A stretch of DNA of 64,000 nucleotides. It comes from Eledone cirrhosa (Eukaryota). Where the stretch lies: contig OZ024743.1 in assembly GCA_964016885.1 (NCBI GenBank), forward strand, positions 187,674,001 through 187,738,000, read 5' to 3'. Every line of letters starts with the position of its first letter. Position 1 is the stretch's first letter. The position numbers and the translations under genes were made by a program. Shown piece after piece: positions 39,200 through 52,195 of the stretch. The notes below the pieces were generated by a model. It was not told the origin of the DNA. It saw only the letters and a program-made list of their open reading frames with translations, and made no database searches.

Positions 39200-40745
39200 A
39201 CATTTATTCCAAAACTATGGCCAAATCTCTGGCAAAAGACTGGTGTCTCTTTTCAATGTCACAGAGAGCATATGCACCACTATGGTTTCACACATTCTTT
39301 TTTCTCAATGGCATTCTGTTTCATACAGACTGCTTTGAAATTTGGAAAGTTTCATCCATTTAATTTTCATAATGTCAAGCATAAGAGAATTTCCTACTGT
39401 CAATTTCTCTTCTGGCTTCATCGATCTGATGCCTTACTTTCTAGCTAGCATGTTTGATATTGCTCTTTCTTACCTGCATTTATTTACACTTCTCTCATTC
39501 TTCTCAACTAGCTATGATATGCTACAGGATTCTTAGCAGTCTTTCTACTCCATCCACATTGATTTATTATAGGAGGTATAACTCTTCATCAGACGAGGAT
39601 CAGATGTTCTCAACCATAAGCCTGTCTTGATTTTTGATTATTAGAAATTCAATTTGGCTCTTACGTCCATCATAGATGTAGGCAGTTACTTGGTTGGCTG
39701 ACTTTCTACAGTGTGCTGCAAAGGATCTTGATGATCTTCCCCATAGAACTCCAGCATCCAGAATCCATAATCCTAATTCATTTACTCAATGATGTACTGA
39801 AAATGTAGACAAAGGGAGAATGGGGTAAAAGTTCATGGTGCTGTTATCTTTACTGGCAACAAAGAACGTCTCTCTTAGAGTGAAGAACAGATTATATAAT
39901 GCCTGTGTACAAACTTTTATGCTACAAAGCAGCAAGACATAGACTGTGAGTACTGACGATTTGCAATAGTTGGGTATATAATGGTTGCTTTGCTGGATAT
40001 GCAATATTTTCTTTGCTGTGTAATATTTGCTGGATGTGTAATATTTGCTGTGTAATATTTGCTGGATGTGTAATATTTGCTTTTTGGGGGGTGAAATGTT
40101 AAAGAAAATGGATTTGGGAGCACAAATGAAATGAGAAAAAACTCTAAATATAGGAATATAAGACATATACGATTTCACTGATATGGACATGTGATATGTA
40201 AGAAAATTGAGTGTTATATAAAAAGGTGCTGAGCACTTGAAGTAGATAGAATGTGTGGAAGAGAGAAATCAAGGAATACATGGAAAAAAGTCATGAATTA
40301 TGAGCTCAGAAATGAGAAAAGATTAAGTTGATTGATAACATACTGTATTAGATATGACTAGGGCTGCAGCACTAACATTACACGTGATGAGACTACATTG
40401 ATTGGTTGGGTAACCTTTAGCCAGTATTAGATGAAACAAGCTCTCTAGTATTGCTAAAAAGATTGAACACACTAAGTATCTCATTAAAATGGAGGACATA
40501 CACAACAATACAATGTGGAGCAGCAGGTGCACTTTTGTCTTGTCAAGAATTTGACAACTTTGTTAGTATTGGTGCCACAATAAAATGCACCCAGTAGACA
40601 CTATAAAGTGATTGGCATTAGGAAGAGCATCTTGCCCTAAATTTATGCCACAATGTGAAATATATTTTTGCTTGGATTCTGATGAGCCATCCAACCTATG
40701 CCAGCATGGAAAGCAGATATAAAATACCAAATGATGGTGATGATA
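39200..40745. mobile_element. Very old RTE fragments (endonuclease remnant on minus 39200-39790; RT and 3' end on plus 39800-40745)
   Basis: TAYIYDGRKSQIEFLI remnant; KF..LLSLLATK.VSLRVK.RLYNACV; RTE-type tail with (GAT)n. Confidence 0.6.
40012..40080. repeat. Minisatellite of alternating 14- and 18-bp units (tgtgtaatatttgc[tgga])
   Basis: Four units directly visible. Confidence 0.85.
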
Positions 40746-41739
40746 GTCTTCCTGCACACAGGTGAAGCTGTCCTAGTGTTTCTGGATATGACTAGAAGAA
40801 TGCAAAATTATGATGCTAATAATAATTTTATCAATTTCTTCAGATGTGCACAAAGACCTGAGAAAGTCAATTGTTTTGCTCATCTGTCAGTCCCACTCTA
40901 AGTGAATTAACATATAATCTTACAATAGCTATACTACACCCAGTTTAAATATTCTAGCACCTATTCTGACCCTTACAAGTATTTCATCTTACCACTTTGG
41001 TGCTAAGAATGTAAGTAGGACATTTACATTTGAATTGCTACCACCTCATAATGTAAATATCATTTGAACATATACATGCAATAGGGCCAATTTCGTAATT
41101 TTCCTGCTCAGCGACATCCATTAAAGTGTTATAATATATTTTTCTTGAAAGTATATAAGCAAATTCCAGCATGGAAGTTAATTGTGCTAACATGAGTTAA
41201 TCCCCCCCCCCCCCATCCTGTTGGTAAATGCTTCAGCAACAAATTGGTACTCTGTAGCAAAATGAGACTGGAATACCAGTGAAAAAAAAACTACCTAGAT
41301 GTAACTGAACAACCTTTTCAGAGCAGATATGTACAATACCTTTATTTTTTCAACATCCAAAGGGAAAAGGACACCACTTCCCTCACACAAGACATTTAGT
41401 TAGTAGCAAATGGATGTGGAAATAATAAATTTCACGATATTGTGATCTGTGATAGGATTAAATAAACTGTAATCTGGAGTATCTAAACCATACTTAGCAG
41501 ACCTGTTCTGCTAGAGAAGCAGATGCAGGTGGTGGATAGCAATACAATCACCAAATATGATGTTTAACTGCAATATAAATGCGCTTCTGCAGGACAAATA
41601 AATAACCATAGACCAAATAGTGGAAAACTACTAGGGGAGTGGGAGCAATGGGTGACACAAAATACTGTAGCTCAGCAATAAAGTTGTGACAAGCCAAGTA
41701 AAAGATGCCTCTAAAAATGCATAGTCTTTGCAAGTCTGA

Positions 41740-42340
41740 GAAAATTACCAAATTTATGACTGGCTTGAATATGACCACCAAAAACTGCAGTATGGTCAGA
41801 TTCAATAAAAGTAATCATACCACGTTGTCCTTCATGTGGAGTAAGAAGGAATGCATTCAGGCCTTTGGTAGAGGAGCCTGTTTTAAAAAAATTTTGCTAT
41901 CTAATTCTAAAGGTGTTTTCAGGAGTGATGGAAGAATTAAATGTAAGAATTGTTGGAACTTATGTAGTAATGCATCAGATACAGCACTCAATCATCTGAA
42001 GGGAGGTAAGTGTAAAAGCCAAAATCACTATATTTAATTCAGTGTTTGTATCTACACTTACTTATGGTCATGAATCTTGGGTAATAACCAAAGGAATATA
42101 TTGATTGCAATTACAAGCAACTGAAATAGGGCTCATTTGAAGGGTCTTTGCTCAAAAGGGTGCATAACTTGGAGATCACAGAGTTGTCTTAGAGAAACTA
42201 CTTTTCTGAATTAAGAGATCACAGCTCTATTAAGATTGACATGACCTGGATTAGTCCTATCAGAAACAACCATTTGGAGATGGTTGTTTCTGATAGGACT
42301 CTCTGGAAAGCATGTCTGAGAACTCTGCTCCCATGACCCT
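41740..42340 (+). mobile_element. Rex3/Expander-like RTE fragment, decayed
   Basis: SVFVSTLTYGHESWVITK...LQLQATEIG; homologous to 61900-62330. Confidence 0.65.
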
Positions 42341-43384
42341 CTCCCAGAAAGAAATGAGCAAACATGAAAAAATAATCTGGAGGATCTTAAAAGCACCAAT
42401 GGGGAATTTTTCATATTAATTTCCTCAATCAACTTTTTTAATGGAAGGACTAACTTGTCTCAAAATATCATTCTCCAAATAAATTCATTTGAGAAACTTT
42501 GTACTAACTACAGGTTGAATAAACTATAAGAATTAACCTTGATGGTTAAATTTCTTTGAAATTCTTTTATTCCTTTTAGATTTCTTTGAAAATCTACATT
42601 TGAGGTAAAATCACCTCTCGTAGTTAAATATTTTTCCAAATATTCCACGCAAGACTAAAAAGTTCAATAAACTCTTGCTATCTCTATTATTGGAAACAAG
42701 AATTGTTTTGCCTATTGTATATCTATCTGAAACACACCTCTTTCGTTTCAAATGATCCCACATTCCCTTCTTTTCTTTTGCTTTTCACTTATGCAATTTT
42801 ATTACAATGTTCTCAATTTTCATCTTAATTATCTATTTAATGCTCTATCAGTTTCAACATCCTTTCTTTACATGCAAACTATTGACATTAGATCCGATGC
42901 TACCCACTTGTGAAAATGTTAGCCTTCCACTTGTATAGAAACAATAACTTTCTCCTTCACAACCTCTTTAATTTTGTCTATTTCTTCGCTTGTTTTCAAA
43001 CTACTTTTTTTTCCTCTCTGTTCGTTTTTCTCTCTCCCTCTCTATTTTTTCTTCCACTTAATTTCCTCTTTCTTTTTTGCTAACATTAAATCTTTTTCAG
43101 TTCCATCTCTCCTTGATCTTTTCTTTACCTTTTTCTATGTCTCATTTTTTTGTGTGCATTTAGTATAGAACGTGTACCATATTATGCATATTTTTAATGG
43201 TACCGTCAAACTTGTCCAAGAGCTTGATGACTCAGTCACAAATTTGATTTCTCTTACAATCTGGGGAGATAGTTGAAATTGGGCCTTGAAACCTTAGGTA
43301 CCACTTTTATTTTGTGTATGTACATAAATAAGTGACATATATATAAATACACACACACACATACATATATATATATTGTATGTA

Positions 43385-43508
43385 GTTGACAGACGAGAGA
43401 AAAGAGTGCTCAATACCAAAGTAGAGTTTTTATAGCCATACATTATAGCTAAATAGTGAGTGTTATTACTCTGGAGTTTCACCTGTGCACTCAGAGGGTT
43501 ATCAGACA
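43385..43508 (-). mobile_element. PLE-pLTR-like element with HHR (family H1)
   Basis: Minus strand UGU CUGAUAA CCCU..AGG U GAAA CUC CA GAG UA AUA, then tail ctactttggtattgagcac...tctgtcaac matching 11876-11917. Confidence 0.8.
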
Positions 43509-44187
43509 TATATATACTACAGGCTTCCATACAATTTCCATCTATCAATTTCATGTACAAGGCATTGGTCAATGTGAAGCTATAGAAGGAGACACTTCCT
43601 CAAGGAATCACACAGAAGAACTGAACCTGAAAATGTATAATTTAAAAGTGATGCATAGATGTATTTATAAATGTCTATACATATATTATATATGTATATT
43701 ATATATGATACCTTTCCTCGCTCATAATCACATATATTAAGAATCCATCGTATTGAAAAATAGACAAATTATTTCCAGCAAAACAACATTGGTGCTTTGT
43801 AATTAATCTTAACTGATGGAACTAATTTCTTCTAATCTCTTCAAATAATCTTAATGACAGTGTCTTTGCTACTGAAATTGGCATCACATTGTTTGTAAGA
43901 GTTTCTAATATACTGGCTGTTTTTGATCTTCTAATCTATTTTCTGATAATCTATTTATTCATTATTTATTTATGTGCTTATATGCTTATTTACATCATTA
44001 TTTATTTCTATTTATTCTCTATAACATTTCTGTATTACATTTCCAACACACCAATCACTGATTCACAGCATTTACCATCTTGGGTGAAACAATATCACAC
44101 AATTCTAAAGCGCCAGTTTATTTGCTTTCTAGGTGATATTTACATCTTTGCCTGATATACATCAATAATATATATATATATATATTA

Positions 44188-44553
44188 TAAAATAAGGCGG
44201 CCGACTGGGGTAGAAGCTGCTAAATGTTCGGTCGCCCTCTTGTCTCTGATTTTCAGCCCTATGGATTTTGTCTATTATATTCCTTTGTTATATTTCGAAT
44301 ACCTGATGATGTCACCGGATTCATACTGAACCCGGTCATTGAAATGATCATAGTATAATAAACCTTTTAAGGAATTACACCAGTCCAGCTTCCTGTTATT
44401 TATAATAATTAACTCCGCACTTGCACCACCAACTACACAAACAAAGACAGGTGAGTTGCGTTACGCTGAGTGCTCTCCATAATATTACATCGAGGTTGAC
44501 CATACGGAATGACCAGTTCTATCCAGTGGTGAACCAACAAACCTAAATAAATA
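44188..44553 (+). mobile_element. Solo PLE-pLTR-like element in (TA)n with HHR, AATAAA and splice-donor consensus (family H5)
   Basis: (TA)n on both sides; HHR at 44299-44356; AATAAA at 44357; AG|GTGAGT at 44449-44456. Confidence 0.8.
44299..44356 (+). ncRNA. Type I hammerhead ribozyme with palindromic stem III
   Basis: AUAC CUGAUGA [UGUC ACCGG AUUCA UAC UGAAC CCGGU CAUU] GAAA UGAUCA UA GUAU. Confidence 0.83.
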
Positions 44554-44573
44554 TTATATATATATATATATAT

Positions 44574-45612
44574 AGGAAAAGAGTCAGGACCCCGACGGCT
44601 GAGCTTCGGCCGTTTCGACAGCTAGGTCTGAACTAACGCGGTATTGTTAGTACAGCATTAGCCTCATCTTCAAATCCCCTCACGATCGTGTGGTTAGACC
44701 TCGGCTGTAACATCTTTTCCTATTTGCCGACTAAGATAGAGGAAACCCCAGCATAATTAGGTAGAAGTAAAAATTATTTTTCTTTCTTCTTTTTTCTTAC
44801 TTTCTTCCCCTCTCTCTCCTCTTACTTTTCTTGTTTTCTTCATTAGTCGCACACTCCTTTACACTTAGGCGGCCCATCGCTTATATTCAACTTCATTCTT
44901 CCTTAGATTAATCCTAGTATTTCCACTCCTGTTATATCTACATAGCACTGGCTGAAAATATAGCCAGTGTTTTCTCTTTTTGTGGGAGTGCATCATTACA
45001 GACAATATTATTGATAAATTACCATTATGAGATGATGTTCTAGTGTTTTGGACGACCTAATAACTAAATTTTATTAATTTGCATTTTGGTATTAAATTAT
45101 ATTTGCCTTGCTTCCTGGCCAATTATTAATTCTATGATTTCTTTGTTTATCATAGGTTCCCAGCCCCCTTTAGAGATAGCTGTATAGAATTTCCTCTTAA
45201 TGCATGACTGGCCTGCAACCACAGGTCAGATTGTCATCTTACTCCCTCCCCTTGTTCTACAGGCAAGTTCAGCCACGCCCACCCCCACCTGCCAATATGA
45301 AGGAATTTAACTGCTTTTACAAAATCTTTGACCACTCCCCGTGATTGAAAAACAACTTTGAGAACTGTTTGACACAACACTACAGCACAGTGACACTTTC
45401 ATTGCATGCTCATATATGGAATTATCCCTTGATAAGTTCAGCCAGGCTATTGCTGTACTAACAATACCATGTTAGTTCAGACCTAGCTGTCGAAACGGCC
45501 GAAGCTCAGCCGTTGGGGTCCTGGCTCTTTTCCTATTACCCACTCTACTACCCAGTATCGAGTACTTTGGTACATTATGGTCCTCCTGGTTACTTACCAC
45601 ACTTCCATTGTT
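44574..45612 (+). mobile_element. PLE-like non-autonomous element with inverted partial pLTR and HHR (family H2)
   Basis: 44574-44664 is inverted with 45444-45534. HHR-like UUGAUAA...GCUGUC GAAA CGGCCGA AGC UCAGCCG U(C/U) GGGG at 45424-45520. Unpaired tail to 45612; (TA)n flanks. Confidence 0.82.
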
Positions 45613-46737
45613 ATATATATATATATATATATATTAGAAAGTGAGGTTTTTTTTACAAATTGAAAAATAACCGAGGTGTCCTACATGAGTGAAAGTATAA
45701 AGAAAAAGAGATGAAATTGAAAATGCAACTGGAGTCTTATTTTTTTTTTAAATATATATATTTATTTGGTTCCTTTACCGGTTTCGCAGTTCTTCTGCTT
45801 TTCAAAAGCAGAGTTGAGATGGAGGGTCTGTGTGTGTATGTATGTGTGATTATGATGATACAGTACAATAGTCAAAGTGAGACTGGGGCTTTGTGTGCAG
45901 AGGACTTATGAAATTTGGAAAGAAATGAGGCAAGTATTCCTGGTCTCTGTGCTCTAAGTTCAAATCCTGCCAAGGTCAACTTTGCTGTTCATCCTTTTGA
46001 GGATAATAAAAGAAATATCACTTCAGTATTGGGCCAGATGTGTCCTCTATTTCTCAATTCTTATCTCTCAGTCCCTCATCATCTCTGGAAAATATCAGCA
46101 TGGGCTCTACCAGGTTTTAAATGCTTAAGAGATGCTGTAAATCACAATGACACCCCTCTGACCCCATCAGTATTTATAAACACATTCAGAGGATGATGGT
46201 TAGTTCCTATTACCTTTTTCAGAGACTCCATGACTGATAGGTGACATAGAGAAAGCTATTTTCAGGCAAGAGACTTTATTAGAATAATTGCAACAAAGCT
46301 AATTTCTTCTAGAGACATACAAGGGTTAGTTGATGAAGTCAAAGCAGGAGACAAATTAAGTGTTATACTCCATAACAGGAAAGTTAAGATTTATGCAATG
46401 GGATTGCTCGGAATTTCCATCTACTTGCAAGATTTTGTTTAAGCTTGTGCAGCTCTTACCACCAATGTTTTAATCTTTATATTATGTAGAAGTAGTATAT
46501 TATTGGGCCTAAGAGGTATCTGCCCAGATATAAACCGAGACTGAGTTCTTCAAAGTTAGTTAAGAGAAAAATTAATGGCATAGACATCAGAATAAAAATA
46601 TGAAAGCAAATTATTAATCTTAATGATGACAGTGAGAGAACAATAATGATTGACAGTGATGTCTATGTATCTGTATATTATTGGTTAGCCCATCCTATAC
46701 CACAGGGCTGTTACAGGACATCATCATCATCATTATC

Positions 46738-46922
46738 GATTGGCAGTATCGGTAGAGGGTCAGACGCCATGCTTTGACGCATAGAGTTATGGCCCTTGCC
46801 ATTCTGAGTTCAAATCCCGTTGAGGTTAACTTTACCTTTCATGCTTACAGGGTCGCTAAAATAAAGTACCAGTAATACACTGGGTAATTGCTGGCCGTGT
46901 GCCAAAAGTAGAAACAATTATT
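46738..46922 (+). mobile_element. SINE family A
   Basis: Same head, centre and tail as 7712-7893. Confidence 0.88.
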
Positions 46923-48814
46923 TTATGTCCGCTTTTCCCTGCTTGCAAAGGTGGGACAGGTCTTCTTCTCTCCATTCATCACGGCCCCTTGTCATTTCCT
47001 CGGTGATCTTCAGCATTCTGAGGTCAGCTCTCACCACCTCCGCCCATGTTTTTCTATAATATAAACATAATATATCAGATATATCAGAGCATTTCATAGG
47101 TCTGGCACATTACATATGCTAATTTTTGTCTATTCAGAAACTTTGTTATACACCTCCAGAGTAAAGAAGAAGCTATAGAACTACTATTTTGCACTAGAGG
47201 GATGAAAAAGACATTACGTTATTTAGAAGTCTTGGGGGAAAATACACAGTGTCTGCATGAAAACTGAATGGTACGAAGATCAGTTTTAACATATTTAATA
47301 AAGTGAAACTAGGAATTTTAATTCATTAGAATTACACCTATAATGTAAAATTTTAGTTATCTTAATGATCAATTCTGTTAAAGAAAGACAGGGAAAACAA
47401 ACCCCAAATTTTAATTAATTAAAAGTAGAATGTGATGAATAAGTTTGATTGCAACATTACAATGACAACTCAAATAATTATTAGAATCCTCCATAAATCA
47501 TAGTTTTTAACAAAGATGACTTAAGTAACTCTATGCTTGCACAGTATAGCAATATATTTTCCACAAATATCTTTCTATAATCTTGAAAATAGGAATTACA
47601 GGGATGAAGACTAAAGTAGTTGCATATTTGTGATAAAAACAATGCTACATTCATAATCGCATAAATACCATTTTTCCTGCTATCTAGGTAGTAATATGGC
47701 TGCAGTGTTAGAGTAATAGACAAAATGCATTGCAATATTTATTCTAGTTCATTGTATTCTGTGTTAAAATCCTACAAAAGTCAATAAAATACAAGTCTAG
47801 GGCAGTAATTGAATTTAGACTGGTGGAATTATTGGAACATCAGACTTGTAGTATTTGTTCCATCTCTTTGCATTTTGAGTTTAAATCTGGCTGTAGCCTT
47901 TTTAGGTGGTACACTTAATCCACCACTCAGTTTAACAGTATAACTTGATCCTTGGGTGTCCTTAAAACGTCCACTCTGTTACAAGCCTTTTATCCAGGTC
48001 TCTAATTTGAATATAATTTTTCTCCCTCTCTCCTAGTCATGTAGGCTCTGTAAAGAATCATGGGCACTGCTCTTCTCCCTTACTAAGTGATAAAAAGGGA
48101 AAGAATAAATTTAAACCCTATTGTAGAATATTCATTCCTAACTACAAGAGAATCTACGAATCTACTACAATCCAATACAATCTTATAAAACCGCACATTT
48201 TACCTTTTAGTTTTTGAGCCACATAAGTAGGATGTGCATTGATGTATGTTTTGTAATTGAGCAATATAGTTTATATATAAACAATAAACTTTCCAACAAT
48301 GGTTTATAATTATTTGTGTTTTAATGATATTTAACAAATATATGAATAATTGAAGTAAATATTGATAAAACTAAACAAATATTGAATTTGTATTATTTTT
48401 TCTGCAGAAAGATTTATTTCCCTACAGAGATGGGTAATTAAATTCCACTTCTCAAGGTTTCAGTTAATGAATATATTCAATCATATTTTTCTCTTATTCT
48501 CTCTTGAAACAGTACATCACACATAACACTTTAGCAATTAAATTAATGGTTCTGTAGATGAGCAGAGATAATGCTTGGTTTCTGATCTAATAGACAAAAT
48601 TCAACTTTTGGAATAGTGTTGTGTCATAACTGTTTCACTAACACAGGCTATAGAGAGTTATATGCTGACTGAATTCAAAGAGTATGAAGAATCTCTTAGT
48701 GTATGTAGTTTCAATTATTTACATTCTGAAGTCAAATTCTGCCTTAATTAACTTTGTTTTGTATTCCTTCTCCAATTTGCTAAATTTATTACTTGTAATA
48801 GGTGGCAAATTAAC

Positions 48815-48955
48815 AGAGTCAATAGAATGTTGGATAGAATGCTTTGTGGTGTTTGTTCCAGCTCTCTATTCTCTGAGTTCAAATCGCACTGGGATCAACT
48901 TTACCTTTCATCCATTTCAGGACAATAAAATAGTTCCAGTTTAGTACTCTGGTCA
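48815..48955 (+). mobile_element. SINE family A-related, diverged
   Basis: gagttcaaatc...aactttacctttcatccatttcagg..aataaaatagttccag. Confidence 0.7.
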
Positions 48956-49344
48956 ATTCTTCCTCTATATATCTTTCTCACAGCCTTTCTCCCACACTCT
49001 ATTCTTCTCTGGAAGAAATCTGCTGTATTCAGACCTGGAGAAGAAATGGGCTCTGCCAGGTTTAAATATGCCCTGGAAACACTCTTGGCATTCTGAGTTC
49101 AAATTCTACCAGGGTTTCTATGGTCAAGATTAATCACTGAACTATGAGAACATTCCATACATCAGACAGCATAAACAGATAGGCTTCAGAGGAGAAACAA
49201 AAATTATATGTCAACAGTAGAGTACTGAATATTCCTTCAGAAGTGGAAGAAATCTGCTGAAAGGAAAATATATTTGGATTCAATTGCGTTTGTTATATTT
49301 CTATGCAAAATTTTAATGAAAACAATTTCAGCATAAAGTCATTC

Positions 49345-50185
49345 GGTAATAGAGGTGTATATGAAGGAATATACAATACATTTATGTGTAATAAATATAT
49401 AAGACTCTTGCTCTGATCGATCGACAAGATCCCAGACCTCATTTGCATGCTGAGTGGGGTGGACCTCATCGAATCAGACCAAGAAAACAATGTTTCCATT
49501 GGTCTTTCCATTGCTGATACTATCTACCAGTCGCAACTCCTGGCAGAAAGAGCAATGTGAAATAAAGTGTCTTGCTCAAGGATACAATACATCAACCGGT
49601 CTGAGAATTTAACTCACAACCTCAGGATTGCAAATCCAACTCTCTAACCACTAAGCCACATACCTTTACCTTTACTATGAATATATTAAGCTGTGAACAA
49701 GTTAAAGCTGTTTGAGAATGTCAGACATGTATTTCTTATCTTTTCTCCATCATCCGTACTTAGTACTGAGATAAGAATAAGCAATAGCTTATAAGTTTGT
49801 TTTACACATAAAACATAAAATGGAGATGCTCATTTGCATATAGTGTGAACTTGACCAGCAGGGATAGGGTAACAGTAGCTCTAACTTTCTATGGTTCATA
49901 ATAGGGGTGTATATAAAGGCATATAAAATGTGTTTATGTATAATAAACATACAAGAGTCTTGCAATGAATATATTAAATTCTAATAACATCACAGCCATA
50001 GAACCATGTGAGAATATCGAACACAGGTTTTGGTAATCTTATCCATCATCAGTGGCAATTACTCACTGAGTATTGAGACAAGAATAAGCTATAGCTTATA
50101 TACTTTTTTGCGTATGAAACTGGAGATGCTCATTTACATATAGTGTGAACTTGACCAGCAAAGATAAGTTAACAGTAGCACCAAC
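49345..50185 (-). repeat. Old 300-bp tandem unit with octamer, palindrome and degenerate HHR (family H6), interrupted by a SINE
   Basis: tggagatgctcattt(g/a)catatagtgtgaacttgaccagca at 49821 and 50121; 49345-49413 matches about 49896-49967; CUGAUGA on minus at 50046-50052. Confidence 0.75.
49415..49670 (-). mobile_element. tRNA-headed CORE-like SINE
   Basis: Minus strand tggcttagtgg...gagttaaattctcagaccgg...ccttgagcaagacactt. Confidence 0.8.
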
Positions 50186-50229
50186 TGACCATTTGTGTAG
50201 GAAAAATTGGTTGGATATGCTACCACTCT

Positions 50230-51035
50230 TCAGCTGTCATTCTGTTGGAATTTGGGGTTTCCAAATGCTCTCTACTCAACATGTAAAGAGGGAAGAAAGC
50301 AGCCTGTAGTTGATTACAGCTTTGACTGTCATGGGGAGAAACCAAGATAATAAATATTTGGAGATCTTAGAACTAGATGATATTTTGCACACAGAAATAA
50401 ATGAAAAGGTTATTGGGATATATTTAGAAACAGTAAAAATGGTTTTAAAATCCAATTTGAATGCGAGAAATCTGGTCACTGCAATGAACATCTTGGTCGT
50501 TGCAGTGATTGAATATAGTGCATCCATTCTTAGTTAGACTGAAGAAGAAATATTAAAATTAGATAGAAAGATGAGAAAATTAATTGTTTCTACTTTAGGC
50601 ACAAGGCCAGCAATTACCCAGTGCATTACTGGTACTTTTATTTTATCGACCCCGTAAGGATGAAAGGCAAAGTCAACCTCGGCGGGATTTAAACTCAGAT
50701 CGTAAAGGGACGTAACTATGCTGGAAAGCATGGCGTCCGACCCTCTACCGATACTGCCAATCCGCAATGACATTGTATGGCATTTTACAAACTAAAGCAA
50801 ATATTAATAGACTATACATGAAGAGAAAGAATGGTGGAAGAGGCCTTATCAGTGGGGATCATTGAATAAAAAGCAGAATATTCGATAAACAGTATCAAAG
50901 AGTTTTTGCAAAATACAGCAGAAGATATGGGCATAAATGCAGTAGAAATGGTTGGAAAGGAATAGTATAACCAAAGAGCAGAAGAGAAAAGTGTAAGAAG
51001 ATCTAGGAATGAGAATGCATGGTCAGTTTGAAAGA
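50230..51035 (+). mobile_element. R4/Dong-like RT fragment, split by a SINE and truncated by an RTE
   Basis: KYLEILELDDILH, LKSNLNARNLVTAMN..V..YSASIL, LDRKMRK, RLYMKRKNGGRGL. Confidence 0.8.
50580..50763 (-). mobile_element. SINE family A
   Basis: Near-identical to 7712-7893. Confidence 0.9.
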
Positions 51036-52195
51036 AATAGGTGACCAAATTAGCAGTGGAGTTTGGTGTTCTGAAAGTATTGTAGCCAGATTGAGGATAA
51101 GATGGAAGATGTTCAGGGAACTACTACCACTGCTAGCTACGAAAGGTTTTTCCCTCAAAATGAAAGCCAGATTGTATGACGCATGTATGCAAGCAGCAAT
51201 GTTGCATGGTAGTGAGGTCCGGATGCTGTGTGTAGAGAACTCACGAAGATTGGAAAGTAATGAAGCCTGCATGCTTTGATGGATATGTAATAGTAATATA
51301 TGTGAACAACAAAGCATAAACAAACTGAGAGAGAAACTAAGTATAAGAGGAATCAGATGCAGTGTGCAGGAGGGGAGATTGGTATGGACATGTGATGCAT
51401 ATGAAGGACGACAGCTTTATAAAAAGGTGCAGAGTGTGCAAAGTTGATAGAAGCTATGGAGTAGGAAGACCCAGGAAGACTTGGGATGAGGTAATAAAAG
51501 CAGATCTTGCACAATTGCACCTCTCAAAGGTGAAGACACTGGACTCAGATCTCTGGTGTTATGTAGTAATACAGAAGACCCACCTTCCCTTGAGCACAGG
51601 CTGAAGCATACATATAGTATTCACCTCTACCACCCCTCCTATATACCTCCTTTGAATACATGTTGAAGCATACATCTAGTATGCACGTTCACCTTTATCC
51701 CCCCTTCTATACACCTTCCAGGTCCTAACACTCCACCCCTCACATTTACCCATATACTCCCCTCTCTAATCCTCACACACCCTTCCCATCAAGTCCCCCA
51801 GCCCACATTGTAAAGTGGTTGTGATGGCAAGATGACAAAAACTGCCCAGCCTACACTGTAAGGTAGTCATGTAGATGTCATGACAAAATGCATCCAGCCC
51901 ATGCTCTGAAGTGGTCCTGTAGGTGTCATGGCAACAAGTACCCTGACCACACTGTATGGTGGTCATGTAGGTGTCATGCCAAAAAGTACCCAGACCACAC
52001 TGTAAGGTGGTCATGTAGGAGTCATGACAAAAAGAACCCAGCGCACACTATAAAGTGGTCAGCATGTGTCACGACAAAAAACATCCATAGTTCACTGTAA
52101 ATGTGGTTGGTGTTAGGAAGGGCATTGAGCCATAGAAACCAAGCCAAAATCAGTTCTGTATGAGCAAGTCATGGTCGTCTGACTTCTCAAACACA
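51036..52195 (+). mobile_element. RTE LINE 3' part with an expanded 48-bp tandem array in the 3' UTR
   Basis: GDQISSG..CSES..AR.R..W..FRELLPLL, GRPRKTW; array at 51797-52110. Confidence 0.88.

Noticed and set aside
46180-48700. Possible host exons in the unannotated AT-rich stretch
   Set aside because: No recognisable protein motif or consistent splice-bounded ORF; small exons cannot be excluded without RNA-seq.
51797-52110. CRISPR-like regular array
   Set aside because: Contiguous degenerate 48-bp tandem units without unique spacers, inside an RTE 3' UTR; eukaryotic context and no cas genes.
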